From Callorhinchus milii (Eukaryota): a DNA stretch of 64,000 nucleotides. The stretch is from positions 78,370,001 through 78,434,000 of the forward strand of contig NW_024704742.1 in assembly GCF_018977255.1 (NCBI RefSeq), written 5' to 3'. Within the stretch, counting starts at the first letter, position 1, and the number at the start of each line of letters is the position of its first letter. Positions 25,807-39,829 of the stretch are shown here, in pieces. The notes under the pieces are model-generated. The model made no database searches, was not told the origin of the DNA, and worked only from the letters and a program-made list of their open reading frames with translations. The translations under genes were made by a program, and so were the position numbers.

Positions 25807-26653
25807 CGAGGCCCTCCTGATTGGCTTGCACCTCCGCACCTCGGGCACTGGCAGCATCAGCCGCCACAGCTGCACACTCAACCTCACTAAGCCAGTCAGG
25901 AACCTGGGTATCTTGTTTGACTCTGAACTGTCCTTTCTCCCCCACATCCACGCCATGACTGGCACTGCCTACCACCACCTCCACAACATTGCCAGACTCC
26001 GCCACTGCCTCACCCCTCAGGCTGCCCAAACCCTCACCCACGCATTCGTCACCTCAAGGCTCGATTACGGGAACTCCCTCCTCATCGGCCTTCCCAACTC
26101 TTCCCTTCACAAGCTGCAGATCATCCAAAACTCTGCAGCTCGTGTACTCTCGTGCACCAGGCTGCGTGACCCCATCACTCCCACCCTCACCTGACTCCAC
26201 TGGCTCCCCATCCCCCAGAGGATCAAATTCACGATCCTCGTCCTCACTTTCAAGCCCATCCATGGCCTTGCCCCCTCCTACCTCTCCGACCTGCTGACTC
26301 CTTACCTACCTGCCTGCTTCCTCCGTTCAGTGGGCTCCAGCCTGCTCCATGTCTCCCACCTGACCCGCCCTACCATCGATGGCTGGGCTTTCAGCCTCTC
26401 TGCCCCCACACTCTGGAACTACATTCCACAGTCCCTTCGCCTCGCTTCCTTCCCTTGCCTCCTTCAAGGCCGGTTTCAAGACCCTCCTCTTCGATCGTGC
26501 CTTCAGTCGTCCTCCCACCTCTCTGCCTTCCGTCACCCCTACTCCACCCTTTCCCCATGCTCAGGTCCTGACCCCTGACTGTCCAGGGTCTTGGGACATT
26601 CTCCTGATGTGAAAGGCGCTCTATACATGTAATTTTGTTGTTGTTTGTTGTTG
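25807..26653 (+). mobile_element. L2 LINE, 5'-truncated, ORF2 C-terminus plus 3' UTR
   Basis: VRNLGILFDSELSF, HAFVTSRLDYGNSLL and LQIIQNSAAR. Tail gggacattctcctgatgtgaaaggcgct followed by (TTG)n. Confidence 0.92.
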
Positions 26654-26799
26654 TACATTAACCATAAGCCTTCTTGTATGTCATTGCTGTCTGCTCCTGA
26701 AGTGATAAAGGTAAATTAAAATGTGCTATGCCCACTGCATGGCAAATATGTACCTGATTTGTATAAATGTACTTAGTGCAGTATTTTTGAAACTACATT

Positions 26800-27140
26800 T
26801 TTGAAGAACTATCAATATTTATATTAATATATCCAAACATAATAAATACAAATAAAAAACATTTCAACATAACAATAATCTAAAAAATTACAAAGATTTG
26901 TCTCAATCATCAGAAACAGTGGACTGCCTATTGTGATCATGTCCAGCCCTAACACAATCAGAGTACCTGATTAGACATACAATAAATATATTCATGGACA
27001 ATTTGCAAACACTTTGATATTGACGTGAAGACCAACTGGTATGAACATCAGCAAAAGTGACATTGAGAAACTTCACAATCATCTGGGATTCACAAATGCA
27101 TACAAACAGGACAATCAGCTGTAACAGACCAAATATCTGT
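26800..27140 (+). mobile_element. Decayed R4-clade (Dong/Rex6-like) non-LTR retrotransposon fragment, zinc-knuckle to restriction-like endonuclease region
   Basis: Piecewise translation across frameshifts gives KNYQYFIL ... ETVDCLL*SCPALTQSEYLIRH ... ICKHFDIDVKTNWYEHQ ... FTIIWDSQMHTNRTISCNRPNI. This follows the R4-type pattern ETxxH...CxxL...EYLxRHN...WYEH...IxWD...T......NRPDI. Confidence 0.75.
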
Positions 27141-29054
27141 TGGTGTCTGTGTATTTGTAGTCGTTATTTGCCTACTAAAGGTATAATTAATCATTATGAA
27201 TAATGAGGCTTCAGGCAGAGTTCAATCTGTCTGATCCCCTGTCTTTGTACAATGCTGTAATTATCCACATGATGCTTATATATCAGTACCTCAGTACCTC
27301 AGCAACCGAGTTAGAAGTGGGAGATTTGCAGTTTTCAAGCCATCCTATTATACACATGTTATTTTCTAGATAAAACTTCTTTATTAACATTACAGAGGGA
27401 GTATTCTAGGTCACCAAGCCTTAAGAGTACAAAGTCTTTGTATGTAGTCAAAGTGTTTAGCTAATGTGCTAATGTTGAACACACCCATGTGACATCTGGG
27501 CATTTTAAATGCATGAGCTGTCAGTGCAAATACTTGGAGAATGAAACCATTCAAAGCCTGGTTGTACGTACACTTCTATTTTACTTCATATCCTGTCCTC
27601 AGGGGGAGATCAATTCACTGAAAATACCTGCATCCCAATGGACATTCTCATTATGTTCTTTGGGGAGAGTGTGCTTCTGCCTGAATCTCCAACCTGTACA
27701 TAACCTTTTGGAGTAAGTGAGAAAGATGTATCGCTCAGGGAGAGTGTGTACACTCTATACCAAGCAAGCAGAAATTTCCATACTTATGTGGCATTCTTTT
27801 GGATGTTTGGATACGCTTAAACAACATCACGTAATTAATTGGGACAGCAAGTAAAAGGGACTAAGTAATTAACGTCAAGTAAAAGGGACTGAAAGGATTG
27901 CTCTTAAAGGAGATGGCACGGACAGGAGGGCCTTATGGCCTTTTTCTGTGCTGTAAATTTCTATGTTTCTAACTTCCAGCTGAATAGGGGTAAGAACATA
28001 TGGAATCCAGAGAACCCAGCCGACGTAAAGCCTTTCAGCTCAACCGTGCAACTCTCCCATTTGCTGATTGCAGTAGATCAGTAAAAACGTACACATTCCA
28101 TGTATAGGAGGTATGCATCCGTAGAACTCTCAGGTTGGATACTCTTACGCACAGTGACAGGTTTCTTCATCAGAAAATTGTAACTGCCTAGAAATGTCTT
28201 TCAATTGCCCAAATATGGAAATCTATTTCTCTGGCTGAAGATGAAGTAATTACTGATTACTCTTCCAACGACGAATACCATATTCTAGAACATTCTAAAC
28301 TCCTACGGCTCTGTGTTTAGCGGTTGCAAGTGAGCAGCTGTTATCTTAGAGTCTAGCCAGAAGTAACTTCTGCCTAGGCTACCAGAGGCAAGCAAGCAAA
28401 GTACATTGCTCCAGGAAGATACGTGGAACTAGGAAATGGAAATCCTGACACTACAGATGGAGCTGAACTTTTTTTAAAAAAAAAACCCAGCTGAATTGCT
28501 CGTTTAAAAGGTAGAATATTTTATAGTGAACCGAGATTATTTGCACACATATAAGACTGTAGCACATTATCTGAAGCTTGCAGAGGATAGCTTTGTGCAT
28601 ATATTATCATTATTCTTTACCTGTGCTGATTTGGCCTATTCTCAATGGGTACAAGCTTGGTGCAAGATTTGTTCAAACTCTGGACACATCTGCAAGGGCA
28701 GTTAATACATCCCATGGCACTATTTGAAAAGTTCCTCCCAGTGTTCTGGCCAACAATTCCCCCAGATCAATTGGTCATTGACTCGGTCAGTTTTGTGGCA
28801 ATAATACTGTGTGCAAACTGACTGCCACATTTGTGTACAGAAACACAAGACACTACACTTGACAGTAATTACCTGTGACATAAATCAGGTTTTTGGAAGG
28901 AGTCTCCACTCTGATTCCTTATTAAGTAATGTTGCTTGAATCCCATTGGAACTTATTGATTATTAGACCTCAGCATGTCCTCTTCTCAATTAAGTTACAG
29001 TTAAATAGAAATGCGGTTCTTCAATGTGCAGATATGAGACACTAGCCTGTACGA

Positions 29055-29310
29055 AAGGAGAATCAATATTACATAAAATTACAGGTATTTACAGCACCGA
29101 AGCAGGCTATTCGACTCAACTTGACTTGCGCCAGTGTTTATACGTGAGCCTACACCCTATCCTAATTCCCCTACCTATTCATCCCCCTTCTCCTTCTATT
29201 CTCTTCTGTCTCATGTATGCATCTAGTTTCCTTTTAAATGCATTGCTGCTTTTTGCTTCCAGCATTGAGTTCCACATTCTCACCACACTCTGCAGAGAAG
29301 TTCTTCCTAT
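29055..29310 (-). mobile_element. CR1 LINE 3' end fragment
   Basis: tttacagcaccgaagcaggctattcg ... gagttccacattctcaccacactctg is the reverse complement of a CR1 3' region. Confidence 0.7.
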
Positions 29311-31999
29311 CTGTTAGCTAGTTCATCAAACTGAAGTAGGTAGTGCAGAGTAATGCTGAACTACATTCAACATGTATTCTTGTACTGGAATGTGACACCA
29401 TACAGTACTAAGAGCAATATGTAGTAAGGATTTACTGCAGAAGAGAAAAAAAGAATATAGAAAGACAAATAATAATAATAATCCTTGCATTGTATATAGT
29501 GTCTTATCACATCTTCGAGACATCTCAAAGCTCTTCACAGAATATACTGTAAAGTGTAGTGACTGTTTTGTGAGTAAACTTGGCAGCCAATTGTGCACGG
29601 CAGATAATTTGACACTGAAAGACAATGGAGATCATGGCAAGATATCAGTATGGAGCTATCTGCATGTTTGAGGCTCGAATGTTGCGGTCTTCTTTATCTG
29701 ATAAAGAACACATCCTTAAACCCTTTGGCATCATACCACACTTGTCTCCATCACCATTCAAACACTTTGTTTCAAAAATCAGCAACATCCAAGGGGAGGA
29801 TCTGCTGTTGCAAAACCTGCATGTGTGTTTTGATGTTTTCATGCTCTAGATGTAACACCTGAGGACAAGTGACAGAATATTTCCCAAATAGGTTAGCAAG
29901 AAAACACATGACAATCAGCAGCTTGCCAACACATCAGGAAATAAAAGGCCTGCTTCCTTAATGAAGACAAAGTATTAGATTTAAGTTAAAGTTGAGGATT
30001 TTTTTTTACCCTGCCAACTTTCTGTCATCTGTCTTGTCATCTGTTTTTTTCAGAACCTGGAGAAAGCTCACACCTCAAAGTACAACTCAGTTCAAGGGTT
30101 GAAAAGAACATCGGCGAAACAAGTTACGGCTGTTAGATATTGTATAGTGTGGAGCCAAATTTGAGATTTAAGCACCCATTTATTATAGGTAGATGGATGG
30201 GAGACTGAGGTAAAGAGTTTGTCAGGCAGAATGAGCTTGTGTAGGAGATAACATGATGAGTCTGACCTCAACAGATGATGATGATGACAGGAAGAATCGA
30301 TGTGCCATGGCTTATTTTTGTTTGATAGGCAGGCAATCTGAAGGATGGCACCTTTGACAATGCAGCTCTTCCCCCATCACCACACTGAGTGACAGCCTGC
30401 ACAATGAGCTCACATCAAGTCCTGAATTGGAGCTTTTACCTCCCGCCTTCTGATCCAGAGGTAAATGTGCTACCAAGTGAGCCAAGCTAAGTTCTTTGCC
30501 CAGTCACACTGAGAAAATGCATAATGTGCCATTTCCTTGAAATCCATGCAAAACATTTGTACAGTTTGTGCTTGGTTGGTTGGTCCTTAAATCCTATAGT
30601 TTCTATGCACAGTTCTAGCCTGACAAACCAGGCAGAGTTTAATCTGGTACGGAGTTAACTATTACAATAAGAATTGATTAGCAGAAAGTCATGCTTCAGA
30701 TCCAGAGTGCATTGGTCTTCTTGGTTAATGTTTTTAACAGCTGTTACCACATTGTGAGTTTTATTTGCTCAATCATGATGTTTCATTGGTCACTTAACAA
30801 GACACAAATATACTTCGGGATGAACCCATCAAATAAAATTTACCACAGTGTAAGGCTAGCCCATCTGATTCAATATGTACGCAGACGGGGAAGATAGAAA
30901 TGTGCCCAGATGGAAAATGTAAAAATGAGATCAAAATGAAATGAACGTGAAACTAAATTGAAAATGCATGTTACAAAGGGCCATTAGATCTGGAACAGCT
31001 GGGTTATTTATTGTGATCCAAAAATAGTTGGATTTTAAAGTGGAGGCAATATTATTGATTGCGCTGTTAGATCACTGCTGACATTTTAATCTGACACCAA
31101 AATCAGTATTGATTCAAATGAATAAATATATAGGTGTTGCTACATGCGTTTGAAGAGCGTTTAAAGGCACAGCACAGGGAGAAAGAATGATGTTTTTATT
31201 GAACTTTAGGCTTCAAAATTGATTAACTAATACCAGGGAAAACAGATGGACAAGTTGTCAAGCTACCTGACAGACAATATTACACTGGTTGAGTGATGCT
31301 ATTGGAGACGAACATAGCAAAAGGCACACTGTATTGTGGAGCAAGTAGCTCTCATTCACAACATTACTGTTATTTCAAAGCAAATGATGCTGTAACAATT
31401 AATAGTCCATCTCAAATGATGTGATCTTTCACAAAAAGAAATACTGTGTGAACAGTGATTTTACATTAGAATGTTGATTACCCAGGATCGTAAGATAAAT
31501 CATAATATGGGATAAATCTGTACAGTATCTTAACCCATCCTTTGCATTGATTAACACCATGGTTTGTTCGCTCAGCCGTGCTACCAGCCTCTATTCATTC
31601 TTCCTGATAAGATGGACATTAGTTGATGACCAATCCCTTCCTCCCCACTCCCGAACCACAGAAAACTGTTCTGGCCAACGATCCCACAGGTTAAATTGGT
31701 CATTCACTTTATGGCTGTTTGTAGGACATTGCTGTGCATTTGCCTACAAAATACACAGTCACTGCACCTCATAGTATATCCTCTGAAGGGCTTTGAGATA
31801 TACTCCTGATGTGAAAGGTGCTGTATCAAATCCAAAGGTTATTATTATTTTAAATTATTATTATTATTAATTGACTTTATTTTGTCATTTCCTGATGTGG
31901 GCAATCGGAATGTGGTTTTAGCTCCCACCTTCTAAAATGGTGAGTTTTATATCCAGAGTGAAACCTTCCTTTTTGGAGTTACAGCTATGTTCCACAATA

Positions 32000-32442
32000 T
32001 AATAATAATCTTATATTTGATATTGTGCTTATCATGTCATCAAGATGTCTCAAAGCACCTCACACGACTTCATGTGACTGCATATTTGTAGTAGGACACG
32101 ACAGACAATTTGTGCACAGCTATGTCCCACAAACAGTCATGAAGTGAATGGCCATCTTTTTACTAATATTTGTTTGGCCAGGACACCGGGAAAAGGACTC
32201 TCTTTTTCAAATAGTGCTTTGGGATCTTTAACATCCATCTGAACAGGTGGACAGACCTTGGTTTAACATATTGAACAATGCAGCACCTCCAACAACATGG
32301 CAACCCACACCCCCCTCACCCCTACCCCAATACTGAACAGGGGTATCAGCCTGGACTGTGACCTCAAAGACCTGACATGCAACTTTGAACTCACAAACTT
32401 CTGACTCACAGGTGAGAGTGCTACCAGCTGAGCCAGGGTGAC
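32000..32442 (-). mobile_element. Deu-domain SINE, near full length
   Basis: Reverse-complement tail, core (ttggccaggacacc, gggatctttaacatcc) and head (ttctgactcacaggtgagagtgctaccagctgagcc). Confidence 0.8.
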
Positions 32443-32549
32443 ACAGCAGCAGATCGACAAAATACAGGAACCCGATATTATGTGATGTGTATTTTGTTCC
32501 ATTGATGAGCGACCAGCTCACCAGAAGGAGCAACTGGGTGGGATAGATA

Positions 32550-33290
32550 ATATGAAGGAGTCAATCAGGACCGGGGAGGTTCCAACGGACTGGAAACAAG
32601 CAGATGTTGTTCCAATATTCAAGAAGATTGAGATATTTGACAATCAACAAGGCAATCAGGATGCTGGGCTCTATTGCTAAATAAATTGAGTTTAGATCCC
32701 CAGACCTCATTCTCAGACTATGCAGTATTCTGGTCAGGCTGTACCTTGAATACTGCTTATACTTCTGGTCACCATGACATAAGAGAGTGGTCTAGTCCCT
32801 AGAGGTGGTACAGAGGAGAGCACTGAGGATGATCCCCAGTGTTAGAGGAATGAGCTGTGAGCTGTGAGAAACCTTGAGAAGAGACAACTCAGAGAGTTGC
32901 TCAATTTGCAATTTGCTCAGAGAGTTGCCTCAGAATTATCTCAGAGACCCGTGACACCTCGCAGAAGTGTACAGAATTTTAAATACGATTCAAAAAGTAA
33001 ACCCAGATCAATATTTTAGGATGTATTAGTGATAGTAGGCCAATAGGACAAAGGCTTAGAATTTTGAAGGGCAAATTCAGGACGGATACCAGCCCGTTTT
33101 TCTTTACAACGAGGTTAATCAATGACTTGAACAGTTTGACAGGAAATGTGAGGCCAGGATACTGGACGCATTTAAAAGATAGTTTGATGCAATGATGAGA
33201 TGTTGGTAGAGTGGGTGTTCTGGAGGAATAAGGTCAGTTTTGCTGAAGCCCCCCCCCTCCCTTTCTTCATTTAGACCAACCTTCTGTTCT
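32550..33290 (+). mobile_element. CR1 LINE remnant with a large internal deletion
   Basis: ESIRTGEVPTDWKQADVVPIFKK (start of RT) is followed within about 20 nt by NKAIRMLGSI and LVRLYLEYC (late RT). Confidence 0.75.
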
Positions 33291-33614
33291 TGTGAACAAT
33301 TGAGGATGTAAAATTAACTTCCATACTCTCATGGTGAGCTACACTGGCAGAGTGTACAAATGTCTTGATTTTATTGTGCTCTGTAGCACACCCTAATGGA
33401 AATCAGTCATGGTGCTGGCCTTGATAACCAAAAATATACATTTTGTGCTATATATTTGAAGCCAAGGTACCTTTGGAGATGCTCCAGAACCCATTACGTG
33501 TGTGAATTAGCCACTACAATTTCTTCCTATTATTTAGTTAGGGCCACTCTTCCTTATTCAAGTCTTGAAAGGGTGAAAAGGCTGAAAATCAGATTTTCCT
33601 TAGCCGATGTGAAT

Positions 33615-34050
33615 TATAATCCTTACATTTCATATGGTATTTTTCATGTTGGGAGAACATCTCAAAGCACTTCACAGGATATGCTGTAAAGTGTAATGAC
33701 TGTGTGACTCATGGGCAACTGTGGCAACCAATATTGCTCAGTGATATCCCACAAACAGCTATGAAACGAATGACTAATTTTATTTGGAGATTGTTGGCCT
33801 AGACACCAGGAGAAACTCCCTTCTCTTTCCAATACGATGGGTCATGGGCTCTTTAATGTCCACCTGAACAGGCAGACAGTGCCTCACTTTAACATCTCAT
33901 CTGAAGGTCAGCATCTCCGATAATGCAGTATACTCCCAGCAGTATATTGGAGTGTCAGCTTGGACTATATGATATCCAAATCCCAAACAGGGGCTTAAAT
34001 CACAATCTTCTGATTCAAATACAAGCGTGATCCCAACTGAGCCATGTTGA
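33615..34050 (-). mobile_element. Deu-domain SINE, near full length
   Basis: Reverse complement of the 22060-22460 type, including head, Deu core and tail. Confidence 0.85.
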
Positions 34051-37000
34051 ATTACTAATATAACTTAATTTTCACTTCTCAGATCTTTGTGAATAGTTTT
34101 TAATGCCAAAAGAAGCATCATTGAAGCATCAAGCGGAGAACTGAAGTATTTCTCATCTAAAATGTCTTAAAATGTGATATTCGCAGAAGTTCTAATGCCA
34201 GCTGGTCTGGGATCACAGCGGTCATTTCCCTTTTCCTCAACAAAGAAAAGTTCTGGAAAATGACCTTTCAGATCGCAATTATTTATCAATTGTACAATTT
34301 TATTCGCAAACTAGAAATCATCAAATAACTAAAATACAGAATTAGTGCAGTGATTCCTGGGGTATGCAAATGCCATGGATCTCAATATTACGCTATTTGT
34401 GCATTCACTCATTTGAGCCATCAGGGATTTTATAAGTAGCCGTGTTAAATGAGGTTGAGCAGTTTCCAGTCAGTTCTTACTGGGCACAAGTTAAATATAA
34501 CTTTTGTTTCTATTTGATTCTATGATTCTATACCCCTAACCTCTGGAGCTCCCTCTCTCTACCCTTCCATTCCATCTCCTCTCTATCCTTCAAGATCCAC
34601 CTCAACACCTACCTTTTCGATAATGCCTTATAGTTACCTCCCTTTTCCCCTCTCTTCCCTGCTTGGTCATTGTAAAGGCCAGGAAACTGGACTCATTTAA
34701 AATACAAATGGATGTTGCGCTTGAAGGATAAGATCAGATGTGTCAAAACATCTTTTTCATTCAAACCAATCTTGTGAATCTTATGATGTTGAAATATATC
34801 AAAGCAATTCAGGTAATGAGGTTCTCTGAAGTTCGCAGCTCAAAATGATCAAAGGTTTGATGCGAACTGACAATCTCATGCAGAGAGGCCACAAAAATGG
34901 TTAGTGTGAGAAACAGAAAAAATCACTCTTCTGAAGCTGGAGTGAAAGCACATCGTTGAGACACTGTATAGGAAGCTTTGTATCTTTTTCATTTGTACTT
35001 TATCCTAAATTATGAAACTAGGCATAAATGATACAACACATGCTATTCTCTGTCCTTCAACTTGAACATTAATCACCAAGAATAAATAGACTTTGACTTT
35101 GACTCATTGATCTCTGCCAGTGTCTTGATTGCCTACCATTTGGTACACTGATAAAAAGCAGAGAACAGATATGGTTGCAATAATTTCAATGGTGAGGAAT
35201 AGAAACGCATGATGGAGAAAGGTGAAGAAAATAAATACAGATAAGAGCAGTGGCTACATTGTTTTCAGAAGACCCAATGGAAAGAAACAACTGCAAATCT
35301 GAATCATTCATAACTCGAGCTAGAATAGAAGAGCAAAAGGATAGAGAGAAAGGATGTTCTGTGAGAATCCTGCAAGAGTGAGTTACACATAGTTCAATGT
35401 CCACATTTAGGTAGGAAAATGATAAACACCAACTGATTGGTTCTAAATAGACACCAAAGGCAAGCTGATGATGTAGGGTCAGGACCTATTTTGCCACCTT
35501 AGATTTCACAATTTTAAATTCAATTCCACCAATCGAGAACATCACTACAAATTTCTGCAATGCGGAATGATTGTGTACATGTAGGCACCTCCACCTCAAT
35601 GACCATAACAAATATTTCCACCCCTCCACCCGCCCCACCCCACACATGGAAATTGTTAAGTCACGTTTTTTATTTTATTTTAAGCTCTTCGTAGCTTTGC
35701 TTACGAAATGCACAGTCACTACACTTTACAGTATAACATGTGAAGTGCTTTGGCACACCCTCTTGATATGAAAGGCGCTATATCAAATGCAAGGATTATT
35801 GTTTTTTTCTATCTTGAAAAGCAAACAGACGTTTTTATAACGTGGCTTTAAACAAAGATTAAGCCAAAATCAAACCAATTTCTGCTTGTGCTATTCATCC
35901 ATGGAATGCACTGAGTGTAAGCTGTTAAGGGTCGCTGAAAGGATAACTTTTTGCAGTCAAGTACATGCAAGTCAATAATCAGCTTCCATGCACTGAATGA
36001 ATGGCAGGGCCACCTGGCAAGGCATTTACTCAAGATCAGCATCCTTCGTTCACAGCAAGCATTCCCTATCTCTCTTTCAACTTCCAGATTATTCCTATTT
36101 GTATTGGAAATGTTTCACATTTTGAATGGTTTATTTTTCAAAATAAAAATCTCTTGTCTGTACTGTTTAATAAAAATAATGACGATAATCCTTGCATTTG
36201 ATAAAGAACCTTATCACGTCATTGAGATGTCTCAAAGCACTTCACAGAATATACTATAAAGTGAATTGTGGATTTTGTGGGCGTAACGCAGCAGCCAATT
36301 GCGCACAGCAGTATCCCACAAACAGTCGTAGATTGAAGTGACCAAATTATTATTGTTTTCAGCAAGGTGAGATTTTATTGGTTGGTGAAGGATATATGTT
36401 TGTATTTTGAGGAAGTGTTGTTTCTACCTCTGGCTTGCTTGATTGCTCCAAATGTTGGTTTTTTAAGTCTGTGTGATTAACACTTGTTTTCCCTCTACAT
36501 CTAATCAATAACCAGATGCTGTGTTAGTTGCTTTTGTGTGGTGCCAAATATCTTTCAGGTATATTTCAGGTATAATGCTCTTCTGGTCAATCAGGGTGCA
36601 CTCCCAATACAGAGTGGTTTTGTAACCATGTTCCTAACTGTTGGTATATGTTCACTGCCACTTGCAGGAGCTGGTGCATCAGTCATTGACTGTATTTAGT
36701 GGGATCCTATCTTTTTTTTCTCAGTGAAATACATTTCTCCTGTACCTTTTCTACCTCTTGTATAAATACCTTTCATTGTTGCTCAACATCTCATTCCATT
36801 TGTAATCCAGTCATTTGGCTACCTTATTCTCTCTTTCTCCATCATCGTTGACAGTTATAGCACTAGGTGACCATTCGGTCTATAGTGTTTGTACTAACTC
36901 TCTGAAAGAGCTATCAGTCCTACTCTCCTGGCTCTCACCAAAACCCCTTTATGTTTCTAGATAATTAAGAGAATAAAATATTTCATTGTCCCAGTAGGAC

Positions 37001-39829
37001 AGCAGAGTGATTTCTTATTGTCTTTCACCAAGAGTGGACACTCCAGGGTGTAGTTTATGGGCCTTCAATCAAGACCTCATTATGTTAGACACCAGGGAGA
37101 TGATTTTAACCAAAGGCAAATACAATAAATCTAGTGCAGGTTAGTCTATTGATGGTATTCAAAAGCAATCAGAGTTTGAGCAGAGAGCAGCAAAATGTTG
37201 AAAGGTGTCTTGAGTTTTATTTTTTTCCACAGTGCCACAAGAAAAATAAATCTTGCCAAATTTGATAGGAGATAATAATGTTCTCAATGGAGTGCAATCT
37301 ATATGCAGCTATCAGATACCTTGCTGGTTCAAGTCAGGAGTTGCAAGTGGAGGAAGAGTATGAAAATAAATTGTTCTCTCCTCTCAAAAAGACACCAGTG
37401 CAGGTGCTCAGCTTGAACCCCTGCAATGCTAGATGTAACTGCAGCGCTGATGCTCTATTAGTCTTACCTTGAAGCAAACAGGCTTCCTGCAGGTTTTCTG
37501 AGATATAGACATTGGTGGTACCGAAGGCAACAGTTCAATAAATGAACCATTTGGACTTTTACTCCTAAGAAATGTTGCAGTAGAAATAATTTATTATGAA
37601 ACAACATTTGCAGAGTTGGATTTCAAAAATATATATATCCAATGATAGCGATATGAAGACTGATGATCTATAAACAATGTAAAGAGCTTCACGGGAATAG
37701 AGTGCACTCTAATTGCAGATAATTGCAGATATCAGGTACACAGTGGGTATGAGGGTGCCACAGAGATGAGGTCAACACCAGCTATAGTTGGTTAATTAAC
37801 AAATTAATTTTAATGTCATTGTTTTCGATGCTAACAGACCAGGCAATGACACAAAGGGACATCAGCTCCCTTCCCTGCTCCTCTACAATCTCTTGATTCT
37901 GGGGCTTTGGAACACCTTTTAACCCCTAGTCTGCTCCTAAGGACCATCTACCGGTTTCCTTTCTGCAGGAAAGCCTATCAAATGGATCTGTGCTGAAAGT
38001 CCAATCCAGCACAGTCCAGCCCAAGCCCAGTCTTAAGAACACAAGACAGCATGGGATGAGAAGAGCTCATTTAAGCCGTCAAACCTAGCTCTTCACCAGA
38101 GGTATACAACTTACCCCTTTACGGACTCTTCTACCATTTATTTAATATCCTGAGGGAAAATTCTACAAAAAAGTCTCCCCTCCCCTAGTAATTGTTATTA
38201 AACCCTCCGAAACACTGCCTCATGTGAAGGATGCTATATAAATGCAAGTTGATATTATGTTGGAAAGTTCAGCACCTTGGGATATCCTCCTGACATGAAT
38301 GGTGCCTTATTAAATTCAACAGTAATAATAATTATTAATATTGGAATTAAACAGTCATCTAAAATGATTTCAAAGGTGGCAAACCGTGTAATGTGTGAAT
38401 TTACACTAATGGTGCTAATTAATGCATAGTCGAACAAAAAGCAACCTTATAGCACAATGAACACATTAACTGGTCCCTTGGTATATTACAGACAAGCCCC
38501 TCTACACCAATTTTATTGGTTTCTAAACACTTGGGTGTAGCACACCGGTGGATGTATTAATGATCAGGACACTTTTACCTGCGTTACCATTGGTGTTGAT
38601 TAATACAACACAAATTGCAATTTTCCCACCAGGTTTCCTTCAATAAGGAATATTTAGGTACATCACATCGACTTGTGGGATATTTCAGTGCACTTGGCAA
38701 TTGACAATGATGTGCACGAATGCTTCTAGTTACCAAAAGGAGTTGTGGTTTGGATTGGAATCCTGTATGAAATTGCTGCATTTTAGACCCCATTGCATTA
38801 CACTGGAAATATTTGTGGATACTGTCAAATAAAGTGTGCCAGGATCTCTATTTCATTTTAAGGTCTCTTAGATTGATCCATTCTTTGTGATGTGATCCAT
38901 ATTATTCTGACCTGATAATGGATAGAAATTTAATTCCCAGCCTGAGAAAACTCTGCTGTCATACACTTCCATCAAACAATAAATATTTCACCTCACGTCA
39001 TTTTTTGTAAGTCAGGAAAGGTACAATGGGTCATTTCAATTCTTTATCACTACATTTTCCCCCAAGATGCCCATATTTTACAACAACTGGTGCTCACTGC
39101 AGGCACCAGCTGCAAGCAGTGTGGAGAAAAGTTAGCTCTCTGCTTGCGATACTTTTGAGCAGTTCCTATTTTATATATCTGACGAAGGTTCAGATGCGGT
39201 CTATTTGCTTCTGCTGCTGCTGGGTTGTTTTTGCACCGAACAGTCATGCAGAGTTAATCACAAGCAAGATAACATAATCAGTCTTAACACAGGCTCTGGA
39301 GAAGGATGAGGTCCCAGTTGGAGAGATCCTCTGTAAAGGTTAAGTTAAAAACATAGTTTGATTTAGCTTCAGAACTTTGCATTATCTCAGAGCTTCCACT
39401 GTTAAGCCAGCAGAACAAAATGACAATCAACATTTGTTTTAAATACATCAATTTCTGAAACATATTAACAATTAGAAATTGCTAAGGTTTAATGGACTGG
39501 CCCTCAGCCTTGTATCAACCTTTGCTCAGTAAGTTACACCTTCGCTGCATAGAACATTGTGGGTTCAAGCCCAGTTTTGGTCTTTGAGCTCATATAATGG
39601 CTGATATTCATAAAACAGAGATGTTGTCTTTGGAGGAGACGTTAGACTGAAGTTTGATCTGCCCATCCAGGTGGATGTTTCTCTCCCACGGCACTATTTG
39701 ATAACAACAGGGAGTTTCTCCTGGTGTCCTGGACAATAATCTCCCAGATTAAAACTGGTCATTCATTTCATAGCTTTTTGTGTAACATTTTTGTATGCAA
39801 ACTGGCTTTGAGATATCTTTGAGATATCT

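Noticed and set aside
29625..29862. Overlapping 65-74-aa ORFs on both strands
   Set aside because: No recognisable homology and no convincing exon boundaries. The lengths are within chance expectation.
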